NCBI GenBank assembly: GCA_964605195.1
Contig: CAZSBC010000001.1
Location: 1-61,382 of the forward strand
Origin: an uncultured Spirochaetales bacterium
Lineage (GTDB): Bacteria; Spirochaetota; Spirochaetia; JABMQR01
Direction: 5' to 3'
DNA length: 61,382 bases
The notes under the pieces were generated by a model. That model had not been told where the DNA came from. It saw only the letters and a list, made by a program, of their open reading frames with translations, and did not search any database. The position numbers were made by a program, and so were the translations under genes. This document shows, piece after piece, positions 8,871 to 18,776 of the stretch. The first letter of the stretch is position 1. The number at the start of each line of letters is the position of its first letter.

Positions 8871-9560
8871 ATGAAAGCCAGCGTTCACAGAATGGGGACC
8901 TGCAAACTCTCACCCGCACAGCAGTTAGAACACTGTACCATGCTGCTCATTCTGCAGACGGCTCTCTTATGGTTCTTTGCAATGAATGCCTATGCTGGGA
9001 AATTCATGTTCTGGAAGTATGCCGTGAGTTATCTCGGAGCGGTACGAACAGTGAATGATCTGGACAATACTCCTTCACGAATCTGGTTTGTGCTCTCCAT
9101 GCTCATCAGCGCCTGCTTCATGCTCAGAATGGCGGCTATCTGCAGAGAACAGCAGATTGTCAACGGCAATATCTATCGTGTGCTCTACACGCTGGGAAGT
9201 ATCGGATCCCTGATCATCTGCTGTCCCAAGGATATCTCACAACCAGTCCATGCAACGGGAGCGGGACTGCTGGTATTCAGTCATGTGATGCTCTCCCTGA
9301 CCCGCATCACAGTCCAGAGCAGGCTGCTCAAAACCCGCAGCATGGTAATCCGCCTGCTGATCCTGCTTATCCCGGTACTTGCATACGCCTACTGCTGGGT
9401 AATGTGGATTGAGACCGTGGTGCAGCTAATCCAGAAATTTGCCTTTGCCGCCCTCTTCTATGTGGGAATCATCACCTCGAAGGAGAGCCTTGTCAGCCGG
9501 GAGGAGAAACTCCTCTTCTTTAGCCCCTCCCCTGGTGACAGAATTCTCGGATCAAGCTGA
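8871..9560 (+). CDS. Integral membrane protein, DUF998/Frag1-like (function unknown)
   Basis: About 6 hydrophobic segments and a SYLGA motif reminiscent of DUF998 proteins. The start is uncertain: the ORF is open from 8793, and in-frame ATGs occur at 8871, 8892 and 8940. Confidence 0.5.
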   Translation: MKASVHRMGTCKLSPAQQLEHCTMLLILQTALLWFFAMNAYAGKFMFWKYAVSYLGAVRTVNDLDNTPSRIWFVLSMLISACFMLRMAAICREQQIVNGNIYRVLYTLGSIGSLIICCPKDISQPVHATGAGLLVFSHVMLSLTRITVQSRLLKTRSMVIRLLILLIPVLAYAYCWVMWIETVVQLIQKFAFAALFYVGIITSKESLVSREEKLLFFSPSPGDRILGSS

Positions 9561-9562
9561 TC

Positions 9563-10996
9563 TCAGCAATTCGGCTGGTAGCTGGAAAAATCATGATACG
9601 TACGGATCAGCGCCCTTCCCTCCTGCAGGGAGGCTAAATCCCCGGTTGCCAGGGCTTGCAGCATGATGTTACCCAGGGCTGTTGCCTCCACCGGTCCAGC
9701 CGAAACAGTTCTTGCGGCCGCATCGGCAGTCCACTGATTCATGATCGTATTCCTTGAACCTCCCCCAATGATGTAGATATGGCTGTAGTGTGTGCCGGTT
9801 ATCACCTCAATCTGATCTGCATACCGGGCATAGGCCTGTGCCAGGCCTCTGTAGATGGCAACCATGTATTCACCCTTTCTGACTGGAACAGGCATGTCAT
9901 GCTCCCGGCAGTAACTACAGATGCGCTCCGGCATTGAGTCTCCCTCAGAATTGGGTTTCAGGAAACGACCGTCATTGGGATCAATTACTCCCGTAAAGCC
10001 GGCGCACTCAAGGGTCTCCGCGTCAAGCTCAGCAAAGGTGATTGTCTCGCCCCCGGCTTCCCAGCTGCGGAGGGACTCCTGCTGTATCCACATTCCCATG
10101 ATATTCTTGAGAAAGCGTATCCTGCCATTGGCAGCACCCTCATTGGTGAAGTTGTACTCAAGACTCTTCTGCGTGATATACGGCGTATCGGACTCTATGC
10201 CCAGCAGAGACCACGTTCCGCTGCTGAGATAGAGATAGTTGCCCTCCTCCATTGATGGTACAGCCGCAACAGCAGAAGCTGTATCATGCGAACCGCAGGC
10301 AATTACCGGTACTGCTCCCACAGCTCCCACCTCAGCGGCGACATCATCCCTCAGGCTGCCCAGGACTGTTCCGCTGGGCACAATCCTGCCGAACATCCCG
10401 GGATTGAGATCCAGCTTCTCTATCAGACCCCAGGCCCAGTCACCACTCTCCGGATTGAACAGCTGGGTTGTCGTTGCATGGGAGAACTCATTTGCCATGA
10501 CACCGCACAGCCAGTAGCTGAGCAGATCCGGAATGGAGAGATAGTGCCTAGCAGCCTGCAGCAGCTCCGGCTCCACGCTGCGCATTGCAGCCAGCTGGAA
10601 GATGGTATTCAGCTGCATGAACTGGATACCGGTAGTAGCGTAGATCTCCCTGGCAGGAACCTTCGCGAACACCTCCTCCATCATGCCGTCGGTTCTACTG
10701 TCACGATAGTGATAGGGCATACTGATGAGATTTCCGGCTGCATTGAGCAGCCCGTAATCCACTCCCCAGGTATCAATGCTGATACCTGCAATCTCTCCCT
10801 CTCCCGGATAGAGCGAAAAGGCCTCTTTGATACCCTTCTTTATCTGTGAGAAGATATAGAGGATATCCCAGTAGATGTGTCCCCCGACCTTGTCGTTACG
10901 GGTTACAAACCGGTTGGTGACGGTAAAGCCGCAGAGATCTCCAACAATGACTCTTCCATTAGATGCACCCAGATCAATCGCAATGTACTTCTTCAT
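9563..10996 (-). CDS. rhaB: Rhamnulokinase (FGGY family)
   Basis: 477 aa. It carries the motifs IAIDLGASNGR, IDTWGVDYGLL and FLKNIMGMWIQQE, plus a C-terminal IIGGGSRN, all typical of RhaB-type kinases. A GGAAGG RBS is present. Confidence 0.85.
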   Translation of the reverse strand: MKKYIAIDLGASNGRVIVGDLCGFTVTNRFVTRNDKVGGHIYWDILYIFSQIKKGIKEAFSLYPGEGEIAGISIDTWGVDYGLLNAAGNLISMPYHYRDSRTDGMMEEVFAKVPAREIYATTGIQFMQLNTIFQLAAMRSVEPELLQAARHYLSIPDLLSYWLCGVMANEFSHATTTQLFNPESGDWAWGLIEKLDLNPGMFGRIVPSGTVLGSLRDDVAAEVGAVGAVPVIACGSHDTASAVAAVPSMEEGNYLYLSSGTWSLLGIESDTPYITQKSLEYNFTNEGAANGRIRFLKNIMGMWIQQESLRSWEAGGETITFAELDAETLECAGFTGVIDPNDGRFLKPNSEGDSMPERICSYCREHDMPVPVRKGEYMVAIYRGLAQAYARYADQIEVITGTHYSHIYIIGGGSRNTIMNQWTADAAARTVSAGPVEATALGNIMLQALATGDLASLQEGRALIRTYHDFSSYQPNC

Positions 10997-11017
10997 CTTT
11001 GCCTTCCAGTTTGAACG

Positions 11018-12277
11018 CTATGCATGATGCAGCAGATATTGCTCTGCTTCCAGGCACCATAGCCCGTTGTTCCGGTCCACAATGATCGCCAACTCCGCAA
11101 AAAGAGGATTCTGTTTCCCTGCTTCGGCAAAATCGGCAATTGCTGTCAACGGCAGGTCGAGGTGGGTATAGATCAGTTTCTTTCCGCCGGGGATAGCGGG
11201 CAGCTCAAGAATGGTATCAATAACCGCATTCAGCCCCCCGATATGGGTGATCATCGCTGCAGGGTTCAGTTCGCCCCTCTCCATCATGGCCAGTGACTCA
11301 CGCATATCCTCAGTGTTTCCTCCGCTGGTACCCACCAGGTGATGGGCGGCATAGTGCACATCATAGAAATTTATCATGGCGGAGAAGTCACTGCTGCCGG
11401 GTCCGGCGAAAAAGTTCAGACAGCCATCTTTGCCGAGAATTTTATCGCCCTGCTCCACGACCGGCTTTACCGGGGCCATCACCAGCACATCATCATACCC
11501 GCTGCCCCCTGAAATCTCCATGAGCTCAGCCACCGGATCTTCGGATTCAGCCGTATTGACATAGACGAGCTGCACCCCCATCTCGGCAGCATGCTCCGGT
11601 GAATAGAGCTCTTTGGCACGTGCAAGACGGGCACTGTCGATATCGGTCACCACAAGCAGCCCGGGCCTGCGGTCACAGTGGAGGGCGTAGTCAATGGATC
11701 CGAGGCCCATGGGGCCCACACCGGCAAGGATCGCCATCTTGCCTCCGGGAACTATCCCCATATTGTGGATATACTTACCCTGAGGTATGTGGTACATCGC
11801 ATGGAAGGTGCCCACAATGCAGGATACCGGCTCTGCCAGGGATCCCATGAAGAAGGCATCCCCGTTATAGGCAAGCAGACAATCCATCTCCATCACCTCA
11901 TTGGGAATGATCACGTGGGTTGCGTTTCCGCCTATCCAGCGGAACGAGTACCCGGGAGCGTCCAGGCTTCCCTTGTAGTTCAGGGCCGGCTGAATGGAGA
12001 ATTTATCTCCTTTACTGAATTTGTGGGCCCATTTAGCCCCGACTTCTTGAATAACGCCGCAGAATTCATGTCCCAGCATGGTGGGGTTAACCGCGATATC
12101 ATTGGGGATACGTTTGTGATCCGTCCCCTGGTTGGCAGCCTTATGGGATGACATGCAGATACTGTTGGTGATGACCTCAGCAAGTATCTCATCATCCCCC
12201 AGCTCCGGCAGCTCAAATGATTCCAACCGGAGATCTCTCTTTCCATATATTCTCACCGCTTCTGTTTTCTGTCCCAT
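11018..12277 (-). CDS. Zn-dependent medium-chain dehydrogenase, L-sorbose-1-phosphate-reductase-like (SorE-like)
   Basis: 419 aa, longer than ordinary MDR enzymes and similar in size to SorE. It has the GHEFCGVIQEVG zinc motif and a Rossmann motif (AILAGVGPMGLG). Confidence 0.7.
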   Translation of the reverse strand: MGQKTEAVRIYGKRDLRLESFELPELGDDEILAEVITNSICMSSHKAANQGTDHKRIPNDIAVNPTMLGHEFCGVIQEVGAKWAHKFSKGDKFSIQPALNYKGSLDAPGYSFRWIGGNATHVIIPNEVMEMDCLLAYNGDAFFMGSLAEPVSCIVGTFHAMYHIPQGKYIHNMGIVPGGKMAILAGVGPMGLGSIDYALHCDRRPGLLVVTDIDSARLARAKELYSPEHAAEMGVQLVYVNTAESEDPVAELMEISGGSGYDDVLVMAPVKPVVEQGDKILGKDGCLNFFAGPGSSDFSAMINFYDVHYAAHHLVGTSGGNTEDMRESLAMMERGELNPAAMITHIGGLNAVIDTILELPAIPGGKKLIYTHLDLPLTAIADFAEAGKQNPLFAELAIIVDRNNGLWCLEAEQYLLHHA

Positions 12278-12350
12278 ACTACTAACTCCTCTTCAGACTA
12301 TGCCTGATCGATTTCCCGCTTCCTGCAGGAATAAATCCGTGTACAGCAGA

Positions 12351-13526
12351 TCAGTTCAGCATCACCTGTCCACCGGTAACCGGTACAGCCTGACCCGTCT
12401 CATACTGCTGTTCCACAATATAATAGATCGCCTTCATGACATCGGCAACGGTGCAGCCGCGGTTCAGCGGCACCTTGCTCTCATAGAACCTTCTCACATC
12501 GGCAATGGTCACTGCACCGGGAACCTTGCCGGCATTGAGGTACTGCACGAACAGTCCCCGCTCGGGATCCGACCACAGCGGTCCGTCAAGGAAGTTTCCC
12601 GGACAGACGGCATTCACCTTGATTGAATCGCTTACCAGCTCAAGGGCGAAACTCTGCGTCAGCCCGATCGTCCCGAACTTGGCCCCGGAATAAGCTCCAT
12701 TCTTGTTTGAGCCCTCCAGCCCCGATTTTGAGCTTATCGCAATGATATCGGTGAAGTAGCTTTCAGCGGCCCGGTTCTGGTAACTCATCAGCCTGGCGGT
12801 AAATTTGGTGCAGATGAAGAATCCCGTATAGTCCACCGAAGTGACGAAGTTGAAATCCTCCAGCGCCATCTCCTTTACACTGCCGGCCCTCAGTACCCCC
12901 GCGTTGCTTATCATGATATCGAGACCGCCCACCCGCCTGGCCACAAAGGCCAGCATGGCAGCAACCGAATCCTCATTGGTTACATTCACCTCAACGGCAC
13001 AGGCGACCTCCCGGCCGGATGACCGGTTCAGTTCATCGGCGAGCCTGCCGGCTCCGGCAATATTCATGTCGGCTATGAAGGTGTATGCCCCGGCAGCGAC
13101 CAGTTCCCGAACCATACCCTCACCGAAGCCCTGGGCCCCGCCGGTAACCAATGCGGTCTTTCTCCGTACCACATCGTTCCGGTCCGTGGAGCCCCGTTCT
13201 CCTGGAAGCCTGGAACAGCCGTCCATGGCGGAAGCCTCCTCAAGGGTGGCCCCAAGCCCGATGACGCGTGAATCATCAACGGTCAACCTGGAAGGATACC
13301 GGCCATGCTCTGCCACGAAGGCAGCACAATCCTCCTTCAGCTGCTGCAGCACAGAGGGAATATTCTCCTCCGTACAGCACCCAGCAGTCACGGAAACCTC
13401 CCCTATCGGGACATCTTTGCCCTCCAGGGACTGCATGGTCACGAACACTCCACTGAACCCATCAAAGGTGAGCCCGCGGAGATACGGAGGAATAATTGTG
13501 TCCCATGCGTTATCATATCGTTTCAT
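12351..13526 (-). CDS. Short-chain dehydrogenase (sorbitol-6-phosphate-dehydrogenase-like) with an N-terminal domain of about 120 aa and unknown function
   Basis: The SDR core has TALVTGGAQGFG, NAG and YSGAKFG (YxxxK) motifs. ATG 13526 overlaps the upstream stop by 4 nt, which supports the long N-terminus. Confidence 0.75.
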   Translation of the reverse strand: MKRYDNAWDTIIPPYLRGLTFDGFSGVFVTMQSLEGKDVPIGEVSVTAGCCTEENIPSVLQQLKEDCAAFVAEHGRYPSRLTVDDSRVIGLGATLEEASAMDGCSRLPGERGSTDRNDVVRRKTALVTGGAQGFGEGMVRELVAAGAYTFIADMNIAGAGRLADELNRSSGREVACAVEVNVTNEDSVAAMLAFVARRVGGLDIMISNAGVLRAGSVKEMALEDFNFVTSVDYTGFFICTKFTARLMSYQNRAAESYFTDIIAISSKSGLEGSNKNGAYSGAKFGTIGLTQSFALELVSDSIKVNAVCPGNFLDGPLWSDPERGLFVQYLNAGKVPGAVTIADVRRFYESKVPLNRGCTVADVMKAIYYIVEQQYETGQAVPVTGGQVMLN

Positions 13527-14893
13527 TTCCCAAACCTCTTGAACTTCCTTGCCAGTGCTTCCATATTCACACGTCCCTGTCTGGGATCCATATCCCGGCC
13601 TATCTCTGCATACATCGCAATCCTCTCCCGCAGGGTTCTATCACGGTAGGGGTTATCCCCATGGAAGAGCGCGAAAGAGGGATCGATAACAGCCAGCTTC
13701 TCATGGGCAACCAGTGCCCAGGCGGAATCAACCAGATGCCTGAACTCAGGCTGCAGCAGCTGCGGGCAGTTGAATTGCTGCCGTGAGGAGTTGATATCGA
13801 CACCACTGATCTGCATCAGCTCATACCGCTCTGACAGCTCCTGCACCCGAAGAAGCTGCTCCCTGGTATTCCTCGGAGGCATATAGGTTACAGCGCTAAA
13901 CCCCAGCTCCTTGAGCAGCGGGAAGAGCTTATCGAGAAAGGCATCCTCGAACTGCTCGGCCCGTTTATCCCCGGTAGGACTCTCAGTCACATCCCCGAGG
14001 TAGGCATAGGCCGCTATTGCACCGATACGTCCGGCAAAGGCGGTTACCTCTTCGGCCTCCAACGTCTCCCGTCGCGAAGGCTGAATGAAGAACTTTCCCA
14101 GGAAACCGCTTTTCAGCACCCCGATAAGATCGTACCGGTAGTGGGGGTTTTCAGTATCCAGCAGATATCCCCTGATCTTCACCGGCAACACCAGGGAGAG
14201 CCGCTCCTCCAGAAAGGCGACTGCCGCTGCTCCCCTGCCGATTTCATGAATAATCTTTCCGGCAAAGGCAGAGAGTATATGGCGTTCGGTGATACTCCCC
14301 TCCCGGTCATTGACACAGCGGGAAAGCGGAACCACATCCTGCTCGAAATTGATCGGGGACAGCCCATACGGCGCAAGAAGGGCATTCAGCGCCTCCACCT
14401 CAGCCCGGTTGCGCCGGTTGCGCTGTGCAACCAGCGGGGCTAGGAAATCCGCGCACTCACCGATACGGTTCTCGGGGACCCCGTGCACACACATGTAGGC
14501 AATGCCCGCAGAGTCGGGATTGTTGATCTTCCTATCCCGAAGCGGTGTACTAAGAAAACTGCAGCGCACCTCAAACCCCACTGTGGTGGCAATACCGAAA
14601 TCTTTGCCGACCTGGAGCATCTCCCCGGCAGCGGCAATACTGTCATGGTCCATGCTCCCGACAATCTGGAGTCCCGCCTCCCACGCCCTGAAGGCGGCCA
14701 TAGCCGGTTCATACGGGCTGAAAGAGCAGGTGGTGTGCACATGGTTGTTCACCTCATCGGTGGCTGTCCTGCTAACAGTTCCCTGCCTGATCGCCTTTCC
14801 AATTGAGGAAGCTGCGGCAGCCCGTTTTCCGGAATCTGCCGAATTCAGGTCAGCTATGCTCCGCAGGATATCAGCTGGATAGTACAACTTCAC
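13523..14893 (-). CDS. PHP-domain (polymerase/histidinol-phosphatase-type) metal-dependent phosphoesterase
   Basis: 456 aa. It has the N-terminal HVHTTCSFS and GSMDHDS metal-binding motifs of PHP domains. The GTG start overlaps the E1 stop (GTGA, 14890-14893). Confidence 0.7.
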   Translation of the reverse strand: MKLYYPADILRSIADLNSADSGKRAAAASSIGKAIRQGTVSRTATDEVNNHVHTTCSFSPYEPAMAAFRAWEAGLQIVGSMDHDSIAAAGEMLQVGKDFGIATTVGFEVRCSFLSTPLRDRKINNPDSAGIAYMCVHGVPENRIGECADFLAPLVAQRNRRNRAEVEALNALLAPYGLSPINFEQDVVPLSRCVNDREGSITERHILSAFAGKIIHEIGRGAAAVAFLEERLSLVLPVKIRGYLLDTENPHYRYDLIGVLKSGFLGKFFIQPSRRETLEAEEVTAFAGRIGAIAAYAYLGDVTESPTGDKRAEQFEDAFLDKLFPLLKELGFSAVTYMPPRNTREQLLRVQELSERYELMQISGVDINSSRQQFNCPQLLQPEFRHLVDSAWALVAHEKLAVIDPSFALFHGDNPYRDRTLRERIAMYAEIGRDMDPRQGRVNMEALARKFKRFGK

Positions 14894-17346
14894 ACCCCCA
14901 GGCGCTGAAGCCTGACCAGTTCACCTTCCGTCTGTACCGTGGACACACGATAATCCTTCAGCGGCAGGATCTGCTCATGCAGGGCATCAATGATCCACTC
15001 CGGCTGCGGGAAGAAGAGGTCCTCCATCTCGGCCGGCGGGGTTATCCAGTTCCGCGATCCGACTACAACCGGCGGGGCATCAAGATAATCGAACGCCAGC
15101 CTGCTTATGTTGGATGCAACGGTATGGAGGAACGAACCCCGCTCACTTGCATCCGATGAGAGCAGCACCCGTCCGGTCTTTTTCACCGAATCGACAAGCG
15201 GCTCATAGTTCAGCGGGTTGATGAACCGCAGGTCGATAACCTCCGCCTCAAGCCCGTGCTCAGCCGAAAGTTTCTCGGCCGCCTCCATGGCCGTATAGAG
15301 CGTAGCCCCGATGGTTATGATCGTCAGGTCCTTTCCGCTCCTGCGGAGTGCCGGCTCACCCTCGGGAACTTCGTAGTAGCCCTCGGGAACTCCTTCGGCG
15401 ACAAACTGCTCACCGATACCGTAGAGCTTCTGGCTCTCGAAGAATACCACAGGATCGGTGCCCCGGAGGGCAAGGTTCAGCATTCCCTTGGCATCGTAGG
15501 GAGTCGCGGGGAACATCACTTTCAACCCTGGAATGTGGGCGGTGATGGCAGTCCAGTCCTGTGAGTGCTGGGCACCATACTTATTCCCTACCGATACCCG
15601 CAGGACAAGCGGCATCTTGAGCACACCAGCGCTCATCGACTGCCACTTGGGCATCTGGTTGAAGATCTCGTCTCCGGCCCGGCCCATGAAGTCACAGTAC
15701 ATCAGTTCGACTACGGCCCGCCCCCCGGCCATGGCATACCCGACTCCGCTGCCGACGATTGAGGCCTCTGAGATGGGCGAGTTGAAGAGTCTGTGGTAGG
15801 GAAGCAGCTCAGTAAGCCCCCGATAGCAGGCAAAGGCACCACCCCAGTCACGGTTCTCCTCACCGTAGGCCACCATGGTGGGATCGGTGGTAAAGCCGTG
15901 CAGCATGGCTTCGAACACAGCATCCCGATAGGCATATAGCCTGGCAGATGAGACCTTTTTACCATTTTCGTCGAGGTAAAAACGCTTTTTCCGGGCAATC
16001 TGCTTTACCCGATCGTTATCTTCGGGATTCTGCAGCAACTCCGGCTCACCCTCATCAAGGGCTGGCTCATTGCCGTTTGAGAACATCACCGACTCGATGA
16101 ACCCGCCGTTGACATGTGGTGAGAGTTCATCATCTATGGCAAGCCCCATTGTCTTCCTGATCTTGGCCGCCACTTCATCCGCAAGGGCTGCAACTTCGTC
16201 AGCAGGGATAACCCCGTTTTCAACAAGATACTCACCGAATGATACGACGCTGTCCTGCGCCTTGAAGGTATCCATCTCCTCACGGGACCGGTATGAGGAG
16301 GCATCTGAGGGAGAATGGCCTGATAGCCGGTAGGTTATGGTATCCATCAGTACCGGGCCGCGCCCCTCCAGCAGGACGCTCTTCTTCCTTGCCACGGCAT
16401 CGGCAACAGCGAGGGGGTTGAATCCGTCAACCCGCTCGGCATGCATGCCGTCCGGGTTTACTCCATAGCCGATCCTGGCCGGAGTGCCATATCCCATGGT
16501 TTCACCTGCTGTCTGCCCCCCCATACCGTAGAAGTTGTTGAAGACATTCAGCATGTAGGGCGGAGCTCCTGCCATGTCACCCCAGAGCGTGTGGTACTGA
16601 TCCATGGCGGAAAGCATCAGGCCCTCCCATACCGGACCGCAGGCCATGGCGGCATCCCCGATATTCGCGATGACAATTCCGGGTTTGCGGTTTATCTTCT
16701 TGAACAGGGCAGCTCCGACGGCGATATCGCCTGAACCGCCGACAATGGCGTTGTTCGGCATGCTGCCGAAGGGGGCAAAGAAGGTGTGCATCGAACCGCC
16801 GAGACCGCGACTGAATCCGGTTTTCCGGGCAAATATCTCAGCAAGGGCACCGTAGAGCACGAAATTCTCGGCCAGATCCCTGATATCCTCACCGGGAAAC
16901 TGCTTCTCCACCACAGCGAGCACATCCCCCCCCATGAACTCTTTCATGACGGTATCAAGGCCCTGCTCCTCTATCTTCCTGATTGCCGAGAAACACTTTG
17001 CCAGAATCTCACCGTGGGAACGGTGGGAGCCGAAGATGAAATCTTCGGGATCCAGGCTCGCGCACTGTCCTACTGCCGCCGACTCCTGCCCGATAGAGAG
17101 GTGGGCTGGTCCTCGGTGGTTGTAGGAGAGACCGCCGTAGGAGCCCTCCTTCTTGATCTGGTCTAGCATCGTCTCAAACTCACGAATCAGCAGCATATCC
17201 CGGTAGAGGCTCTTCAGGCCATCTTTACCGAAGAGCTTCAGCTCCTTTTTGATATCAGGGGCATAGCTGTTCATGGGAATGGACTTGAGTTTCTCCGTCC
17301 CCCTTTTCCTCACTTCTGCAGGATCTACATCAATACTTCGTGGCAT
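14890..17346 (-). CDS. TPP-dependent 2-oxoacid/acetoin dehydrogenase E1 component, fused alpha-beta subunits
   Basis: 818 aa. The N-terminal half is alpha-like ([26 protein letters not shown]). The C-terminal half is beta-like (transketolase-pyrimidine-type and C-terminal domains: [31 protein letters not shown]). Confidence 0.85.
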   Translation of the reverse strand: MPRSIDVDPAEVRKRGTEKLKSIPMNSYAPDIKKELKLFGKDGLKSLYRDMLLIREFETMLDQIKKEGSYGGLSYNHRGPAHLSIGQESAAVGQCASLDPEDFIFGSHRSHGEILAKCFSAIRKIEEQGLDTVMKEFMGGDVLAVVEKQFPGEDIRDLAENFVLYGALAEIFARKTGFSRGLGGSMHTFFAPFGSMPNNAIVGGSGDIAVGAALFKKINRKPGIVIANIGDAAMACGPVWEGLMLSAMDQYHTLWGDMAGAPPYMLNVFNNFYGMGGQTAGETMGYGTPARIGYGVNPDGMHAERVDGFNPLAVADAVARKKSVLLEGRGPVLMDTITYRLSGHSPSDASSYRSREEMDTFKAQDSVVSFGEYLVENGVIPADEVAALADEVAAKIRKTMGLAIDDELSPHVNGGFIESVMFSNGNEPALDEGEPELLQNPEDNDRVKQIARKKRFYLDENGKKVSSARLYAYRDAVFEAMLHGFTTDPTMVAYGEENRDWGGAFACYRGLTELLPYHRLFNSPISEASIVGSGVGYAMAGGRAVVELMYCDFMGRAGDEIFNQMPKWQSMSAGVLKMPLVLRVSVGNKYGAQHSQDWTAITAHIPGLKVMFPATPYDAKGMLNLALRGTDPVVFFESQKLYGIGEQFVAEGVPEGYYEVPEGEPALRRSGKDLTIITIGATLYTAMEAAEKLSAEHGLEAEVIDLRFINPLNYEPLVDSVKKTGRVLLSSDASERGSFLHTVASNISRLAFDYLDAPPVVVGSRNWITPPAEMEDLFFPQPEWIIDALHEQILPLKDYRVSTVQTEGELVRLQRLGV

Positions 17347-17392
17347 CTTAATTCTCCTTGTACCGCTCGCTCGCTTCTCTCATTGTATAACT

Positions 17393-18757
17393 TCAGTCCA
17401 GCTCTATGGCCGTACAGACATCCTTGATTATCTCGGATACCGTCGGATGGGGGAAAATGATCTCCCGTACATCCTGCACCCGCATCTCCTGTTCCAGTAT
17501 CGCCGCTGCCCCGAATATCATCTCGCTGCAGGTTCCGCCGAGCAGGTGGATTCCCAGGATCATCCCCGTGGAGCTGTCAGCCACAACCTTGCACAGCCCG
17601 CCGGCCTTCTTCCCGAACTCAGCCAGGAAACGGCCGTTGGAGCGCATCTGGGCAGTCGCGGATACAACCTTGTACCCGGCATCAACGGCCTCCTGCCCGG
17701 TCAGGCCGCATCCGGCTGCCTCGGGTAGGGAGTAGACCACCCAGGGAACGGCATGGTAACGCATGCGTTCCGGCTCACCGAACATATCGGCGACGGCGAC
17801 TTCTGCCATGCGTGATGCGGAGTGGGCCAGCAGGGATTTGCCGGTGACATCCCCCACTGCATAGACATGTGGAAGGTTGGTCTGCATCCGGTCATTCACC
17901 GCGATACCGGCAGGGGAGTAATCAAGAGCTGTGCCCTGAGCAGACTTCATACTCTCGAGCCCGGCAACATTGGCTTTTCTGCCGACGCTGAGCAGGACCG
18001 CATCGGCTGCTGCAAACTCCTCTTCTCCCTTGGCATTCTGGTACGTCACGCCGGTATCGGTGATCCCAGTGACCCGGCAGCCGAGCCTGAAGCTGATCTT
18101 CCGCAGCTCTCTCCGCAGCAGCTTCGAGAATTCCGGCTCCATCAGCGGCACAATCTCATCCATCATCTCAATGACCGTCACAGCAGTTCCCACCGAGCTG
18201 AAGTATGAGGCAAACTCAACCCCGATCACCCCGCCCCCGATAATCACCAGCTGCTTCGGCAGTTCAGTGATCTCAAGGATCTCGGTGCTCGTCTTCACCA
18301 GCTTACTCCCGACGCCAGGTATGGGTGGTACGATCGGAGATGACCCGGTGGCAACCATGATGTTCAAGCCTTCATAGATTGTCCCGTCAACGGAGACAGC
18401 GTTCTGGCCGACAAACTCAGCCGTTCCCTGAACGACGGTCACCCCGTTCTTCTTCATCAGGAACTGGATACCCTTTCTCAAGGTCTCAATGGTTTCCTGC
18501 TTCCACTGCATTGCCCGTCCCAGGTCATAGCGTACGTCGGCACAGTCAACCCCGAACCGTCCGCCTTCCATGGCATGAACATAGTGCTTGGCGGTATTGA
18601 GCAGCGCCTTGGTTGGAATGCAGCCGGAATTGGTGCATACTCCGCCGAGATGCTCCTTCTCTACCAGCAGCACCCGCTTTCCCCGTTCTCCGGCCCGTTC
18701 AGCGGCCACGTATCCGCCGGGTCCCGCACCGATAATAATCAGATCGTATAGTTCCAT
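17393..18757 (-). CDS. lpdA: Dihydrolipoyl dehydrogenase (E3)
   Basis: 454 aa. It has GAGPGGY, the redox-active GGVCTNSGCIPTK motif and a C-terminal HPTVSE motif. Confidence 0.9.
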   Translation of the reverse strand: MELYDLIIIGAGPGGYVAAERAGERGKRVLLVEKEHLGGVCTNSGCIPTKALLNTAKHYVHAMEGGRFGVDCADVRYDLGRAMQWKQETIETLRKGIQFLMKKNGVTVVQGTAEFVGQNAVSVDGTIYEGLNIMVATGSSPIVPPIPGVGSKLVKTSTEILEITELPKQLVIIGGGVIGVEFASYFSSVGTAVTVIEMMDEIVPLMEPEFSKLLRRELRKISFRLGCRVTGITDTGVTYQNAKGEEEFAAADAVLLSVGRKANVAGLESMKSAQGTALDYSPAGIAVNDRMQTNLPHVYAVGDVTGKSLLAHSASRMAEVAVADMFGEPERMRYHAVPWVVYSLPEAAGCGLTGQEAVDAGYKVVSATAQMRSNGRFLAEFGKKAGGLCKVVADSSTGMILGIHLLGGTCSEMIFGAAAILEQEMRVQDVREIIFPHPTVSEIIKDVCTAIELD

Positions 18758-18776
18758 TTCACCTCTCCAGCCGCAC

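Noticed and set aside
12320-12331. A 12-bp palindrome TTCCTGCAGGAA between the SDR and Zn-dehydrogenase genes
   Set aside because: It is too short to form a stable terminator (a 4-bp stem once a loop is allowed), and it sits inside an operon. It is probably fortuitous, since it contains a PstI-type site.
12841-13542. A 233-aa plus-strand ORF antisense to the SDR gene
   Set aside because: Its product is Ser/Pro/Ala/Thr-rich and low-complexity. The opposing strand carries canonical SDR motifs.
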